A stretch of DNA of 64,000 bases, taken from NCBI RefSeq assembly GCF_009914755.1, contig NC_060932.1; one strand, 5' to 3'. The translations under genes and the position numbers were made by a program. The notes under the pieces are model-generated. The model did not search any database, had not been told where the DNA came from, and was given only the letters and a program-made list of their open reading frames with translations. Each line of letters begins with the position of its first letter. Within the stretch, counting starts at the first letter, position 1. Below, one piece after another: positions 10,201 through 25,900 of this stretch. The DNA comes from the human T2T-CHM13v2.0 reference genome, Homo sapiens.

Positions 10201-13200
10201 CGTTGGAAACGGGAATATCTTCAAATAAAATCTAGCCAGAAGCATTCTAAGAAACATCTTAGGGATGTTTACATTCAAGTCACAGAGTTGAACATTCCCT
10301 TTCACAGAGCAGGTTTGAAACAATCTTCTCGTACTATCTGGCAGTGGACATTTTGAGCTCCTTGGGGCCTATGCTGAAAAAGGAAATATCTTCCGACAAA
10401 AACTAGACAGAAGCATTCGCAGAATCACGTTTGTGATGTGTGCACTCAACTGTCAGAATTGAACCTTGGTTTGGACAGAGCACTTTTGAAACACTCTTTT
10501 TGTAGAATCTGCAGGTGGATATTTGGCTAGCTTTGAGGATTTCGTTGGAAACGGTAATGTCTTCAAAGAAAATCTAGACAGAAGCATTCTCAGAAACACC
10601 TTCGTGATGTTTGCAATCAAGTCACAGAGTTGAACCTTCCGTTTCATAGAGCAGGTTGGAAACACTCTTTTTGTAGTATCTGGAAGTGGACATTTGGAGG
10701 GCTTTGTAGCCTATGTGGAAAAAGGAAATATCTTCCCATGAATGCGAGATAGAAGTAATCTCAGAAACATGTTTATGCTGTATCTACTCAACTAACTGTG
10801 CTGAACATTTCTATTCATAGAGCAGTTTTGAGACACTCTTCTTTTGGAATCTGCAAGTGGATATTTGGAGAGATTTGAGGATTTCGTTGGAAACGGGATT
10901 ATATATAAAAAGTAGACAGCAGCATTCTCAGAAACTTCTTTGTGATGTTTGCATCCAGCTCTCAGAGTTGAACATTCCCTTTCATAGAGTAGGTTTGAAA
11001 CCCTCTTTTTATAGTGTCTGGAAGCGGGCATTTGGAGCGCTTTCAGGCCTATGCTTAAAATAGGAAATATCTACCTACAGAAACTAGACAGAAGCATTCT
11101 GAGAATCTCGTTTGTGATGTGGGTACTCAACTAACAGTGTTGATCCATTCTTTTGATACAGCAGTTTTGAACCACACTTTTTGTAGAATCTGCAAGAGGA
11201 TATTTGGATAGCTGTGAGGATTTCGTTGGAAACGGGAATGTCTTCAAAGAAAATCTAGACAGAAACATTCTCAGAAACACCTTCGTGATGTTTGCAATCA
11301 AGTCACAGAGTTGAACCTTCCGTTTCATAGAGCAGGTTGGAAACACTCTTATTGTAGTATCTGGAAGTGGACATTTGGAGCGCTTTCAGGCCTATGGTGA
11401 AAAAGGAAATATCTTCCCATAAAAACGACATAGAAGCTATCTCAGGAACTTGTTTATGAGGCATCTAATCAACTAACAGTGTTGAACCTTTGTACTGACA
11501 GAGCAGTTTGAAACACTCTTTTTTTGGAATCTGCAAGTGGATATTTGGATCGCTTTGAGGATTTCGTTGGAAACGGGATGCAATATAAAACGTACACAGC
11601 AGCATACTCAGAAAATACTTTGCCATATTTCCATTCAAGTCACAGAGTGGAACATTCCCATTCATAGAGCAGGTTGGAAACACTCTTTTTGGAGTATCTG
11701 GAAGTGGACATTTGGAGCGCTTTCTGAACTATGGTGAAAAAGGAAATATCTTCCAATGAAAACAAGACAGAAGCATTCTGAGAAACTTATTTGTGATGTG
11801 TGTCCTCAACAAACGGACTTGAACCTTTCGTTTCATGCAGTACTTCTGGAACACTCTTTTTGAAGATTCTGCATGCGGATATTTGGATAGCTTTGAGGAT
11901 TTCGTTGGAAACGGGCTTACATGTAAAAATTAGACAGCAGCATTCTCAGAAACTTCTTTGTGGTGTCTGCATTCAAGTCACAGAATTGAACATCCCCTCA
12001 CATAGAGCAGTTGTGCAGCACTCTATTTGTAGTATCTGGAAGTGGACATTTGGAGGGCTTTGTAGCCTATGTGGAAAAAGGAAATATCTTCCCATGAATG
12101 CGAGATAGAAGTAATCTCAGAAACATGTTTATGCTGTATCTACTCAACTAACTGTGCTGAACATTTCTATTGATAGAGCAGTTTTGAGACACTCTTCTTT
12201 TGGAATCTGCAAGTGGATATTTGGAGAGATTTGAGGATTTCGTTGGAAACGGGATTATATATAAAAAGTAGACAGCAGCATTCTCAGAAACTTCTTTGTG
12301 ATGTTTGCATCCAGCTCTCAGAGTTGAACATTCCCTTTCATAGAGTAGGTTTGAAACCCTCTTTTTATAGTGTCTGGAAGCGGGCATTTGGAGCGCTTTC
12401 AGGCCTATGCTGAAAAAGGAAATATCTACCTATAGAAACTAGACAGAAGCATTCTGAGAATCACGTTTGTGATGTGGGTACTCAACTAACAGTGTTGATC
12501 CATTCTTTTGATACAGCAGTTTTGAACCACACTTTTTGTAGAATCTGCAAGTGGATATTTGGATAGCTGTGAGGATTTCGTTGGAAACGGGAATGTCTTC
12601 ATAGAAAATTTAGACAGAAGCATTCTCAGAACCTTGATTGTGATGTGTGTTCTCCACTAACAGAGTTGAACCTTTCTTTTGACAGAACTGTTCTGAAACA
12701 TTCTTTTTATAGAATCTGGAAGTGGATATTTGGAAAGCTTTGAGGATTTCGTTGGAAACGGGAATATCTTCAAATAAAATCTAGCCAGAAGCATTCTAAG
12801 AAACATCTTAGGGATGTTTACATTCAAGTCACAGAGTTGAACATTCCCTTTCACAGAGCAGGTTTGAAACAATCTTCTCGTACTATCTGGCAGTGGACAT
12901 TTTGAGCTCCTTGGGGCCTATGCTGAAAAAGGAAATATCTTCCGACAAAAACTAGACAGAAGCATTCGCAGAATCACGTTTGTGATGTGTGCACTCAACT
13001 GTCAGAATTGAACCTCGGTTTGGACAGAGCACTTTTGAAACACTCTTTTTGTAGAATCTGCAGGTGGATATTTGGCTAGCTTTGAGGATTTCGTTGGAAA
13101 CGGTAATGTCTTCAAAGAAAATCTAGACAGAAGCATTCTCAGAAACACCTTCGTGATGTTTGCAATCAAGTCACAGAGTTGAACCTTCCGTTTCATAGAG

Positions 13201-16200
13201 CAGGTTGGAAACACTCTTTTTGTAGTATCTGGAAGTGGACATTTGGAGGGCTTTGTAGCCTATGTGGAAAAAGGAAATATCTTCCCATGAATGCGAGATA
13301 GAAGTAATCTCAGAAACATGTTTATGCTGTATCTACTCAACTAACTGTGCTGAACATTTCTATTGATAGAGCAGTTTTGAGACACTCTTCTTTTGGAATC
13401 TGCAAGTGGATATTTGGAGAGATTTGAGGATTTCGTTGGAAACGGGATTATATATAAAAAGTAGACAGCAGCATTCTCAGAAACTTCTTTGTGATGTTTG
13501 CATCCAGCTCTCAGAGTTGAACATTCCCTTTCATAGAGTAGGTTTGAAACCCTCTTTTTATAGTGTCTGGAAGCGGGCATTTGGAGCGCTTTCAGACCTA
13601 TGCTTAAAATAGGAAATATCTACCTACAGAAACTAGACAGAAGCATTCTGAGAATCTCGTTTGTGATGTGGGTACTCAACTAACAGTGTTGATCCATTCT
13701 TTTGATACAGCAGTTTTGAACCACACTTTTTGTAGAATCTGCAAGAGGATATTTGGATAGCTGTGAGGATTTCGTTGGAAACGGGAATGTCTTCAAAGAA
13801 AATCTAGACAGAAACATTCTCAGAAACACCTTCGTGATGTTTGCAATCAAGTCACAGAGTTGAACCTTCCGTTTCATAGAGCAGGTTGGAAACACTCTTA
13901 TTGTAGTATCTGGAAGTGGACATTTGGAGCGCTTTCAGGCCTATGGTGAAAAAGGAAATATCTTCCCATAAAAGCGACATAGAAGCTATCTCAGGAACTT
14001 GTTTATGAGGCATCTAATCAACTAACAGTGTTGAACCTTTGTACTGACAGAGCAGTTTGAAACACTCTTTTTTTGGAATCTGCAAGTGGATATTTGGATC
14101 GCTTTGAGGATTTCGTTGGAAACGGGATGCAATATAAAACGTACACAGCAGCATACTCAGAAAATTCTTTGCCATATTTCCATTCAAGTCACAGAGTGGA
14201 ACATTCCCATTCATAGAGCAGGTTGGAAACACTCTTTTTGGAGTATCTGGAAGTGGACATTTGGAGCGCTTTCTGAACTATGGTGAAAAAGGAAATATCT
14301 TCCAATGAAAACAAGACAGAAGCATTCTGAGAAACTTATTTGTGATGTGTGTCCTCAACAAACGGACTTGAACCTTTCGTTTCATGCAGTACTTCTGGAA
14401 CACTCTTTTTGAAGATTCTGCATGCGGATATTTGGATAGCTTTGAGGATTTCGTTGGAAACGGGCTTACATGTAAAAATTAGACAGCAGCATTCTCAGAA
14501 ACTTCTTTGTGGTGTCTGCATTCAAGTCACAGAATTGAACATCCCCTCACATAGAGCAGTTGTGCAGCACTCTATTTGTAGTATCTGGAAGTGGACATTT
14601 GGAGGGCTTTGTAGCCTATGTGGAAAAAGGAAATATCTTCCCATGAATGCGAGATAGAAGTAATCTCAGAAACATGTTTATGCTGTATCTACTCAACTAA
14701 CTGTGCTGAACATTTCTATTGATAGAGCAGTTTTGAGACACTCTTCTTTTGGAATCTGCAAGTGGATATTTGGATAGATTTGAGGATTTCGTTGGAAACG
14801 GGATTATATATAAAAAGTAGACAGCAGCATTCTCAGAAACTTCTTTGTGATGTTTGCATCCAGCTCTCAGAGTTGAACATTCCCTTTCATAGAGTAGGTT
14901 TGAAACCCTCTTTTTATAGTGTCTGGAAGCGGGCATTTGGAGCGCTTTCAGGCCTATGCTGAAAAAGGAAATATCTACCTATAGAAACTAGACAGAAGCA
15001 TTCTGAGAATCACGTTTGTGATGTGGGTACTCAACTAACAGTGTTGATCCATTCTTTTGATACAGCAGTTTTGAACCACACTTTTTGTAGAATCTGCAAG
15101 TGGATATTTGGATAGCTGTGAGGATTTCGTTGGAAACGGGAATGTCTTCATAGAAAATTTAGACAGAAGCATTCTCAGAACCTTGATTGTGATGTGTGTT
15201 CTCCACTAACAGAGTTGAACCTTTCTTTTGACAGAACTGTTCTGAAACATTCTTTTTATAGAATCTGGAAGTGGATATTTGGAAAGCTTTGAGGATTTCG
15301 TTGGAAACGGGAATATCTTCAAATCAAATCTAGCCAGAAGCATTCTAAGAAACATCTTAGGGATGTTTACATTCAAGTCACAGAGTTGAACATTCCCTTT
15401 CACAGAGCAGGTTTGAAACAATCTTCTCGTACTATCTGGCAGTGGACATTTTGAGCTCCTTGGGGCCTATGCTGAAAAAGGAAATATCTTCCGACAAAAA
15501 CTAGACAGAAGCATTCGCAGAATCACGTTTGTGATGTGTGCACTCAACTGTCAGAATTGAACCTTGGTTTGGACAGAGCACTTTTGAAACACTCTTTTTG
15601 TAGAATCTGCAGGTGGATATTTGGCTAGCTTTGAGGATTTCGTTGGAAACGGTAATGTCTTCAAAGAAAATCTAGACAGAAGCATTCTCAGAAACACCTT
15701 CGTGATGTTTGCAATCAAGTCACAGAGTTGAACCTTCCGTTTCATAGAGCAGGTTGGAAACACTCTTTTTGTAGTATCTGGAAGTGGACATTTGGAGGGC
15801 TTTGTAGCCTATCTGGAAAAAGGAAATATCTTCCCATGAATGCGAGATAGAAGTAATCTCAGAAACATGTTTATGCTGTATCTACTCAACTAACTGTGCT
15901 GAACATTTCTATTGATAGAGCAGTTTTGAGACACTCTTCTTTTGGAATCTGCAAGTGGATATTTGGAGAGATTTGAGGATTTCGTTGGAAACGGGATTAT
16001 ATATAAAAAGTAGACAGCAGCATTCTCAGAAACTTCTTTGTGATGTTTGCATCCAGCTCTCAGAGTTGAACATTCCCTTTCATAGAGTAGGTTTGAAACC
16101 CTCTTTTTATAGTGTCTGGAAGCGGGCATTTGGAGCGCTTTCAGGCCTATGCTTAAAATAGGAAATATCTACCTACAGAAACTAGACAGAAGCATTCTGA

Positions 16201-19200
16201 GAATCTCGTTTGTGATGTGGGTACTCAACTAACAGTGTTGATCCATTCTTTTGATACAGCAGTTTTGAACCACACTTTTTGTAGAATCTGCAAGAGGATA
16301 TTTGGATAGCTGTGAGGATTTCGTTGGAAACGGGAATGTCTTCAAAGAAAATCTAGACAGAAACATTCTCAGAAACACCTTCGTGATGTTTGCAATCAAG
16401 TCACAGAGTTGAACCTTCCGTTTCATAGAGCAGGTTGGAAACACTCTTATTGTAGTATCTGGAAGTGGACATTTGGAGCGCTTTCAGGCCTATGGTGAAA
16501 AAGGAAATATCTTCCCATAAAAACGACATAGAAGCTATCTCAGGAACTTGTTTATGAGGCATCTAATCAACTAACAGTGTTGAACCTTTGTACTGACAGA
16601 GCAGTTTGAAACACTCTTTTTTTGGAATCTGCAAGTGGATATTTGGATCGCTTTGAGGATTTCGTTGGAAACGGGATGCAATATAAAACGTACGCAGCAG
16701 CATACTCAGAAAATTCTTTGCCATATTTCCATTCAAGTCACAGAGTGGAACATTCCCATTCATAGAGCAGGTTGGAAACACTCTTTTTGGAGTATCTGGA
16801 AGTGGACATTTGGAGCGCTTTCTGAACTATGGTGAAAAAGGAAATATCTTCCAATGAAAACAAGACAGAAGCATTCTGAGAAACTTATTTGTGATGTGTG
16901 TCCTCAACAAACGGACTTGAACCTTTCGTTTCATGCAGTACTTCTGGAACACTCTTTTTGAAGATTCTGCATGCGGATATTTGGATAGCTTTGAGGATTT
17001 CGTTGGAAACGGGCTTACATGTAAAAATTAGACAGCAGCATTCTCAGAAACTTCTTTGTGGTGTCTGCATTCAAGTCACAGAATTGAACATCCCCTCACA
17101 TAGAGCAGTTGTGCAGCACTCTATTTGTAGTATCTGGAAGTGGACATTTGGAGGGCTTTGTAGCCTATGTGGAAAAAGGAAATATCTTCCCATGAATGCG
17201 AGATAGAAGTAATCTCAGAAACATGTTTATGCTGTATCTACTCAACTAACTGTGCTGAACATTTCTATTGATAGAGCAGTTTTGAGACACTCTTCTTTTG
17301 GAATCTGCAAGTGGATATTTGGATAGATTTGAGGATTTCGTTGGAAACGGGATTATATATAAAAAGTAGACAGCAGCATTCTCAGAAACTTCTTTGTGAT
17401 GTTTGCATCCAGCTCTCAGAGTTGAACATTCCCTTTCATAGAGTAGGTTTGAAACCCTCTTTTTATAGTGTCTGGAAGCGGGCATTTGGAGCGCTTTCAG
17501 GCCTATGCTGAAAAAGGAAATATCTACCTATAGAAACTAGACAGAAGCATTCTGAGAATCACGTTTGTGATGTGGGTACTCAACTAACAGTGTTGATCCA
17601 TTCTTTTGATACAGCAGTTTTGAACCACACTTTTTGTAGAATCTGCAAGTGGATATTTGGATAGCTGTGAGGATTTCGTTGGAAACGGGAATGTCTTCAT
17701 AGAAAATTTAGACAGAAGCATTCTCAGAACCTTGATTGTGATGTGTGTTCTCCACTAACAGAGTTGAACCTTTCTTTTGACAGAACTGTTCTGAAACATT
17801 CTTTTTATAGAATCTGGAAGTGGATATTTGGAAAGCTTTGAGGATTTCGTTGGAAACGGGAATATCTTCAAATCAAATCTAGCCAGAAGCATTCTAAGAA
17901 ACATCTTAGGGATGTTTACATTCAAGTCACAGAGTTGAACATTCCCTTTCACAGAGCAGGTTTGAAACAATCTTCTCGTACTATCTGGCAGTGGACATTT
18001 TGAGCTCCTTGGGGCCTATGCTGAAAAAGGAAATATCTTCCGACAAAAACTAGACAGAAGCATTCGCAGAATCACGTTTGTGATGTGTGCACTCAACTGT
18101 CAGAATTGAACCTTGGTTTCGACAGAGCACTTTTGAAACACTCTTTTTGTAGAATCTGCAGGTGGATATTTGGCTAGCTTTGAGGATTTCGTTGGAAACG
18201 GTAATGTCTTCAAAGAAAATCTAGACAGAAGCATTCTCAGAAACACCTTCGTGATGTTTGCAATCAAGTCACAGAGTTGAACCTTCCGTTTCATAGAGCA
18301 GGTTGGAAACACTCTTTTTGTAGTATCTGGAAGTGGACATTTGGAGGGCTTTGTAGCCTATGTGGAAAAAGGAAATATCTTCCCATGAATGCGAGATAGA
18401 AGTAATCTCAGAAACATGTTTATGCTGTATCTACTCAACTAACTGTGCTGAACATTTCTATTGATAGAGCAGTTTTGAGACACTCTTCTTTTGGAATCTG
18501 CAAGTGGATATTTGGAGAGATTTGAGGATTTCGTTGGAAACGGGATTATATATAAAAAGTAGACAGCAGCATTCTCAGAAACTTCTTTGTGATGTTTGCA
18601 TCCAGCTCTCAGAGTTGAACATTCCCTTTCATAGAGTAGGTTTGAAACCCTCTTTTTATAGTGTCTGGAAGCGGGCATTTGGAGCGCTTTCAGGCCTATG
18701 CTTAAAATAGGAAATATCTACCTACAGAAACTAGACAGAAGCATTCTGAGAATCTCGTTTGTGATGTGGGTACTCAACTAACAGTGTTGATCCATTCTTT
18801 TGATACAGCAGTTTTGAACCACACTTTTTGTAGAATCTGCAAGAGGATATTTGGATAGCTGTGAGGATTTCGTTGGAAACGGGAATGTCTTCAAAGAAAA
18901 TCTAGACAGAAACATTCTCAGAAACACCTTCGTGATGTTTGCAATCAAGTCACAGAGTTGAACCTTCCGTTTCATAGAGCAGGTTGGAAACACTCTTATT
19001 GTAGTATCTGGAAGTGGACATTTGGAGCGCTTTCAGGCCTATGGTGAAAAAGGAAATATCTTCCCATAAAAACGACATAGAAGCTATCTCAGGAACTTGT
19101 TTATGAGGCATCTAATCAACTAACAGTGTTGAACCTTTGTACTGACAGAGCAGTTTGAAACACTCTTTTTTTGGAATCTGCAAGTGGATATTTGGATCGC

Positions 19201-22200
19201 TTTGAGGATTTCGTTGGAAACGGGATGCAATATAAAACGTACACAGCAGCATACTCAGAAAATTCTTTGCCATATTTCCATTCAAGTCACAGAGTGGAAC
19301 ATTCCCATTCATAGAGCAGGTTGGAAACACTCTTTTTGGAGTATCTGGAAGTGGACATTTGGAGCGCTTTCTGAACTATGGTGAAAAAGGAAATATCTTC
19401 CAATGAAAACAAGACAGAAGCATTCTGAGAAACTTATTTGTGATGTGTGTCCTCAACAAACGGACTTGAACCTTTCGTTTCATGCAGTACTTCTGGAACA
19501 CTCTTTTTGAAGATTCTGCATGCGGATATTTGGATAGCTTTGAGGATTTCGTTGGAAACGGGCTTACATGTAAAAATTAGACAGCAGCATTCTCAGAAAC
19601 TTCTTTGTGGTGTCTGCATTCAAGTCACAGAATTGAACATCCCCTCACATAGAGCAGTTGTGCAGCACTCTATTTGTAGTATCTGGAAGTGGACATTTGG
19701 AGGGCTTTGTAGCCTATGTGGAAAAAGGAAATATCTTCCCATGAATGCGAGATAGAAGTAATCTCAGAAACATGTTTATGCTGTATCTACTCAACTAACT
19801 GTGCTGAACATTTCTATTGATAGAGCAGTTTTGAGACACTCTTCTTTTGGAATCTGCAAGTGGATATTTGGATAGATTTGAGGATTTCGTTGGAAACGGG
19901 ATTATATATAAAAAGTAGACAGCAGCATTCTCAGAAACTTCTTTGTGATGTTTGCATCCAGCTCTCAGAGTTGAACATTCCCTTTCATAGAGTAGGTTTG
20001 AAACCCTCTTTTTATAGTGTCTGGAAGCGGGCATTTGGAGCGCTTTCAGGCCTATGCTGAAAAAGGAAATATCTACCTATAGAAACTAGACAGAAGCATT
20101 CTGAGAATCACGTTTGTGATGTGGGTACTCAACTAACAGTGTTGATCCATTCTTTTGATACAGCAGTTTTGAACCACACTTTTTGTAGAATCTGCAAGTG
20201 GATATTTGGATAGCTGTGAGGATTTCGTTGGAAACGGGAATGTCTTCATAGAAAATTTAGACAGAAGCATTCTCAGAACCTTGATTGTGATGTGTGTTCT
20301 CCACTAACAGAGTTGAACCTTTCTTTTGACAGAACTGTTCTGAAACATTCTTTTTATAGAATCTGGAAGTGGATATTTGGAAAGCTTTGAGGATTTCGTT
20401 GGAAACGGGAATATCTTCAAATCAAATCTAGCCAGAAGCATTCTAAGAAACATCTTAGGGATGTTTACATTCAAGTCACAGAGTTGAACATTCCCTTTCA
20501 CAGAGCAGGTTTGAAACAATCTTCTCGTACTATCTGGCAGTGGACATTTTGAGCTCCTTGGGGCCTATGCTGAAAAAGGAAATATCTTCCGACAAAAACT
20601 AGACAGAAGCATTCGCAGAATCACGTTTGTGATGTGTGCACTCAACTGTCAGAATTGAACCTTGGTTTGGACAGAGCACTTTTGAAACACTCTTTTTGTA
20701 GAATCTGCAGGTGGATATTTGGCTAGCTTTGAGGATTTCGTTGGAAACGGTAATGTCTTCAAAGAAAATCTAGACAGAAGCATTCTCAGAAACACCTTCG
20801 TGATGTTTGCAATCAAGTCACAGAGTTGAACCTTCCGTTTCATAGAGCAGGTTGGAAACACTCTTTTTGTAGTATCTGGAAGTGGACATTTGGAGGGCTT
20901 TGTAGCCTATGTGGAAAAAGGAAATATCTTCCCATGAATGCGAGATAGAAGTAATCTCAGAAACATGTTTATGCTGTATCTACTCAACTAACTGTGCTGA
21001 ACATTTCTATTGATAGAGCAGTTTTGAGACACTCTTCTTTTGGAATCTGCAAGTGGATATTTGGAGAGATTTGAGGATTTCGTTGGAAACGGGATTATAT
21101 ATAAAAAGTAGACAGCAGCATTCTCAGAAACTTCTTTGTGATGTTTGCATCCAGCTCTCAGAGTTGAACATTCCCTTTCATAGAGTAGGTTTGAAACCCT
21201 CTTTTTATAGTGTCTGGAAGCGGGCATTTGGAGCGCTTTCAGACCTATGCTTAAAATAGGAAATATCTACCTACAGAAACTAGACAGAAGCATTCTGAGA
21301 ATCTCGTTTGTGATGTGGGTACTCAACTAACAGTGTTGATCCATTCTTTTGATACAGCAGTTTTGAACCACACTTTTTGTAGAATCTGCAAGAGGATATT
21401 TGGATAGCTGTGAGGATTTCGTTGGAAACGGGAATGTCTTCAAAGAAAATCTAGACAGAAACATTCTCAGAAACACCTTCGTGATGTTTGCAATCAAGTC
21501 ACAGAGTTGAACCTTCCGTTTCATAGAGCAGGTTGGAAACACTCTTATTGTAGTATCTGGAAGTGGACATTTGGAGCGCTTTCAGGCCTATGGTGAAAAA
21601 GGAAATATCTTCCCATAAAAACAACATAGAAGCTATCTCAGGAACTTGTTTATGAGGCATCTAATCAACTAACAGTGTTGAACCTTTGTACTGACAGAGC
21701 AGTTTGAAACACTCTTTTTTTGGAATCTGCAAGTGGATATTTGGATCGCTTTGAGGATTTCGTTGGAAACGGGATGCAATATAAAACGTACACAGCAGCA
21801 TACTCAGAAAATTCTTTGCCATATTTCCATTCAAGTCACAGAGTGGAACATTCCCATTCATAGAGCAGGTTGGAAACACTCTTTTTGGAGTATCTGGAAG
21901 TGGACATTTGGAGCGCTTTCTGAACTATGGTGAAAAAGGAAATATCTTCCAATGAAAACAAGACAGAAGCATTCTGAGAAACTTATTTGTGATGTGTGTC
22001 CTCAACAAACGGACTTGAACCTTTCGTTTCATGCAGTACTTCTGGAACACTCTTTTTGAAGATTCTGCATGCGGATATTTGGATAGCTTTGAGGATTTCG
22101 TTGGAAACGGGCTTACATGTAAAAATTAGACAGCAGCATTCTCAGAAACTTCTTTGTGGTGTCTGCATTCAAGTCACAGAATTGAACATCCCCTCACATA

Positions 22201-22987
22201 GAGCAGTTGTGCAGCACTCTATTTGTAGTATCTGGAAGTGGACATTTGGAGGGCTTTGTAGCCTATGTGGAAAAAGGAAATATCTTCCCATGAATGCGAG
22301 ATAGAAGTAATCTCAGAAACATGTTTATGCTGTATCTACTCAACTAACTGTGCTGAACATTTCTATTGATAGAGCAGTTTTGAGACACTCTTCTTTTGGA
22401 ATCTGCAAGTGGATATTTGGATAGATTTGAGGATTTCGTTGGAAACGGGATTATATATAAAAAGTAGACAGCAGCATTCTCAGAAACTTCTTTGTGATGT
22501 TTGCATCCAGCTCTCAGAGTTGAACATTCCCTTTCATAGAGTAGGTTTGAAACCCTCTTTTTATAGTGTCTGGAAGCGGGCATTTGGAGCGCTTTCAGGC
22601 CTATGCTGAAAAAGGAAATATCTACCTATAGAAACTAGACAGAAGCATTCTGAGAATCACGTTTGTGATGTGGGTACTCAACTAACAGTGTTGATCCATT
22701 CTTTTGATACAGCAGTTTTGAACCACACTTTTTGTAGAATCTGCAAGTGGATATTTGGATAGCTGTGAGGATTTCGTTGGAAACGGGAATGTCTTCATAG
22801 AAAATTTAGACAGAAGCATTCTCAGAACCTTGATTGTGATGTGTGTTCTCCACTAACAGAGTTGAACCTTTCTTTTGACAGAACTGTTCTGAAACATTCT
22901 TTTTATAGAATCTGGAAGTGGATATTTGGAAAGCTTTGAGGATTTCGTTGGAAACGGGAATATCTTCAAATCAAATCTAGCCAGAAG

Positions 22988-25900
22988 CATTCTAAGAAAC
23001 ATCTTAGGGATGTTTACATTCAAGTCACAGAGTTGAACATTCCCTTTCACAGAGCAGGTTTGAAACAATCTTCTCGTACTATCTGGCAGTGGACATTTTG
23101 AGCTCCTTGGGGCCTATGCTGAAAAAGGAAATATCTTCCGACAAAAACTAGACAGAAGCATTCGCAGAATCACGTTTGTGATGTGTGCACTCAACTGTCA
23201 GAATTGAACCTTGGTTTCGACAGAGCACTTTTGAAACACTCTTTTTGTAGAATCTGCAGGTGGATATTTGGCTAGCTTTGAGGATTTCGTTGGAAACGGT
23301 AATGTCTTCAAAGAAAATCTAGACAGAAGCATTCTCAGAAACACCTTCGTGATGTTTGCAATCAAGTCACAGAGTTGAACCTTCCGTTTCATAGAGCAGG
23401 TTGGAAACACTCTTTTTGTAGTATCTGGAAGTGGACATTTGGAGGGCTTTGTAGCCTATCTGGAAAAAGGAAATATCTTCCCATGAATGCGAGATAGAAG
23501 TAATCTCAGAAACATGTTTATGCTGTATCTACTCAACTAACTGTGCTGAACATTTCTATTGATAGAGCAGTTTTGAGACACTCTTCTTTTGGAATCTGCA
23601 AGTGGATATTTGGATAGATTTGAGGATTTCGTTGGAAACGGGATTATATATAAAAAGTAGACAGCAGCATTCTCAGAAACTTCTTTGTGATGTTTGCATC
23701 CAGCTCTCAGAGTTGAACATTCCCTTTCATAGAGTAGGTTTGAAACCCTCTTTTTATAGTGTCTGGAAGCGGGCATTTGGAGCGCTTTCAGGCCTATGCT
23801 TAAAATAGGAAATATCTACCTACAGAAACTAGACAGAAGCATTCTGAGAATCACGTTTGTGATGTGGGTACTCAACTAACAGTGTTGATCCATTCTTTTG
23901 ATACAGCAGTTTTGAACCACACTTTTTGTAGAATCTGCAAGAGGATATTTGGATAGCTGTGAGGATTTCGTTGGAAACGGGAATGTCTTCAAAGAAAATC
24001 TAGACAGAAGCATTCTCAGAAACACCTTCGTGATGTTTGCAATCAAGTCACAGAGTTGAACCTTCCGTTTCATAGAGCAGGTTGGAAACACTCTTATTGT
24101 AGTATCTGGAAGTGGACATTTGGAGCGCTTTCAGGCCTATGGTGAAAAAGGAAATATCTTCCCATAAAAACGACATAGAAGCTATCTCAGGAACTTGTTT
24201 ATGATGCATCTAATCAACTAACAGTGTTGAACCTTTGTACTAACAGAGCAGTTTGAAACACTCTTTTTTTGGAATCTGCAAGTGGATATTTGGATCGCTT
24301 TGAGGATTTCGTTGGAAACGGGATGCAATATAAAACGTAGACAGCAGCATACTCAGAAAATACTTTGCCATATTTCCATTCAAGTCACAGAGTGGAACAT
24401 TCCCATTCATAGAGCAGGTTGGAAACACTCTTTTTGGAGTATCTGGAAGTGGACATTTGGAGCGCTTTCTGAACTATGGTGAAAAAGGAAATATCTTCCA
24501 ATGAAAACAAGACAGAAGCATTCTGAGAAACTTATTTGTGATGTGTGTCCTCAACAAACGGACTTGAACCTTTCGTTTCATGCAGTACTTCTGGAACACT
24601 CTTTTTGAAGATTCTGCATGCGGATATTTGGATAGCTTTGAGGATTTCGTTGGAAACGGGCTTACATGTAAAAATTAGACAGCAGCATTCTCAGAAACTT
24701 CTTTGTGGTGTCTGCATTCAAGTCACAGAATTGAACTTCCCCTCACATAGAGCAGTTGTGCAGCACTCTATTTGTAGTATCTGGAAGTGGACATTTGGAG
24801 GGCTTTGTAGCCTATCTGGAAAAAGGAAATATCTTCCCATGAATGCGAGATAGAAGTAATCTCAGAAACATGTTTATGCTGTATCTACTCAACTAACTGT
24901 GCTGAACATTTCTATTGATAGAGCAGTTTTGAGACACTCTTCTTTTGGAATCTGCAAGTGGATATTTGGATAGATTTGAGGATTTCGTTGGAAACGGGAT
25001 TATATATAAAAAGTAGACAGCAGCATTCTCAGAAACTTCTTTGTGATGTTTGCATCCAGCTCTCAGAGTTGAACATTCCCTTTCATAGAGTAGGTTTGAA
25101 ACCCTCTTTTTATAGTGTCTGGAAGCGGGCATTTGGAGCGCTTTCAGGCCTATGCTTAAAATAGGAAATATCTACCTACAGAAACTAGACAGAAGCATTC
25201 TGAGAATCACGTTTGTGATGTGGGTACTCAACTAACAGTGTTGATCCATTCTTTTGATACAGCAGTTTTGAACCACACTTTTTGTAGAATCTGCAAGAGG
25301 ATATTTGGATAGCTGTGAGGATTTCGTTGGAAACGGGGATGTCTTCAAAGAAAATCTAGACAGAAGCATTCTCAGAAACACCTTCGTGATGTTTGCAATC
25401 AAGTCACAGAGTTGAACCTTCCGTTTCATAGAGCAGGTTGGAAACACTCTTATTGTAGTATCTGGAAGTGGACATTTGGAGCGCTTTCAGGCCTATGGTG
25501 AAAAAGGAAATATATTCCCATAAAAACGACATAGAAGCTATCTCAGGAACTTGTTTATGATGCATCTAATCAACTAACAGTGTTGAACCTTTGTACTGAC
25601 AGAGCAGTTTGAAACACTCTTTTTTTGGAATCTGCAAGTGGATATTTGGATCGCTTTGAGGATTTCGTTGGAAACGGGATGCAATATAAAACGTACACAG
25701 CAGCATACTCAGAAAATACTTTGCCATATTTCCATTCAAGTCACAGAGTGGAACATTCCCATTCATAGAGCAGGTTGGAAACACTCTTTTTGGAGTATCT
25801 GGAAGTGGACATTTGGAGCGCTTTCTGAACTATGGTGAAAAAGGAAATATCTTCCAATGAAAACAAGACAGAAGCATTCTGAGAAACTTATTTGTGATGT

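Larger units (their letters stand above)
49..22987 (+). repeat. Nine tandem 15-mer HORs (flank haplotype)
   Basis: Unit starts 49, 2598, 5146, 7694, 10243, 12792, 15341, 17890, 20439. Spacing is 2549, or 2548 where a 1-bp loss occurs (~4620 and ~7321). The ORF-track periodicity agrees. Confidence 0.95.
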
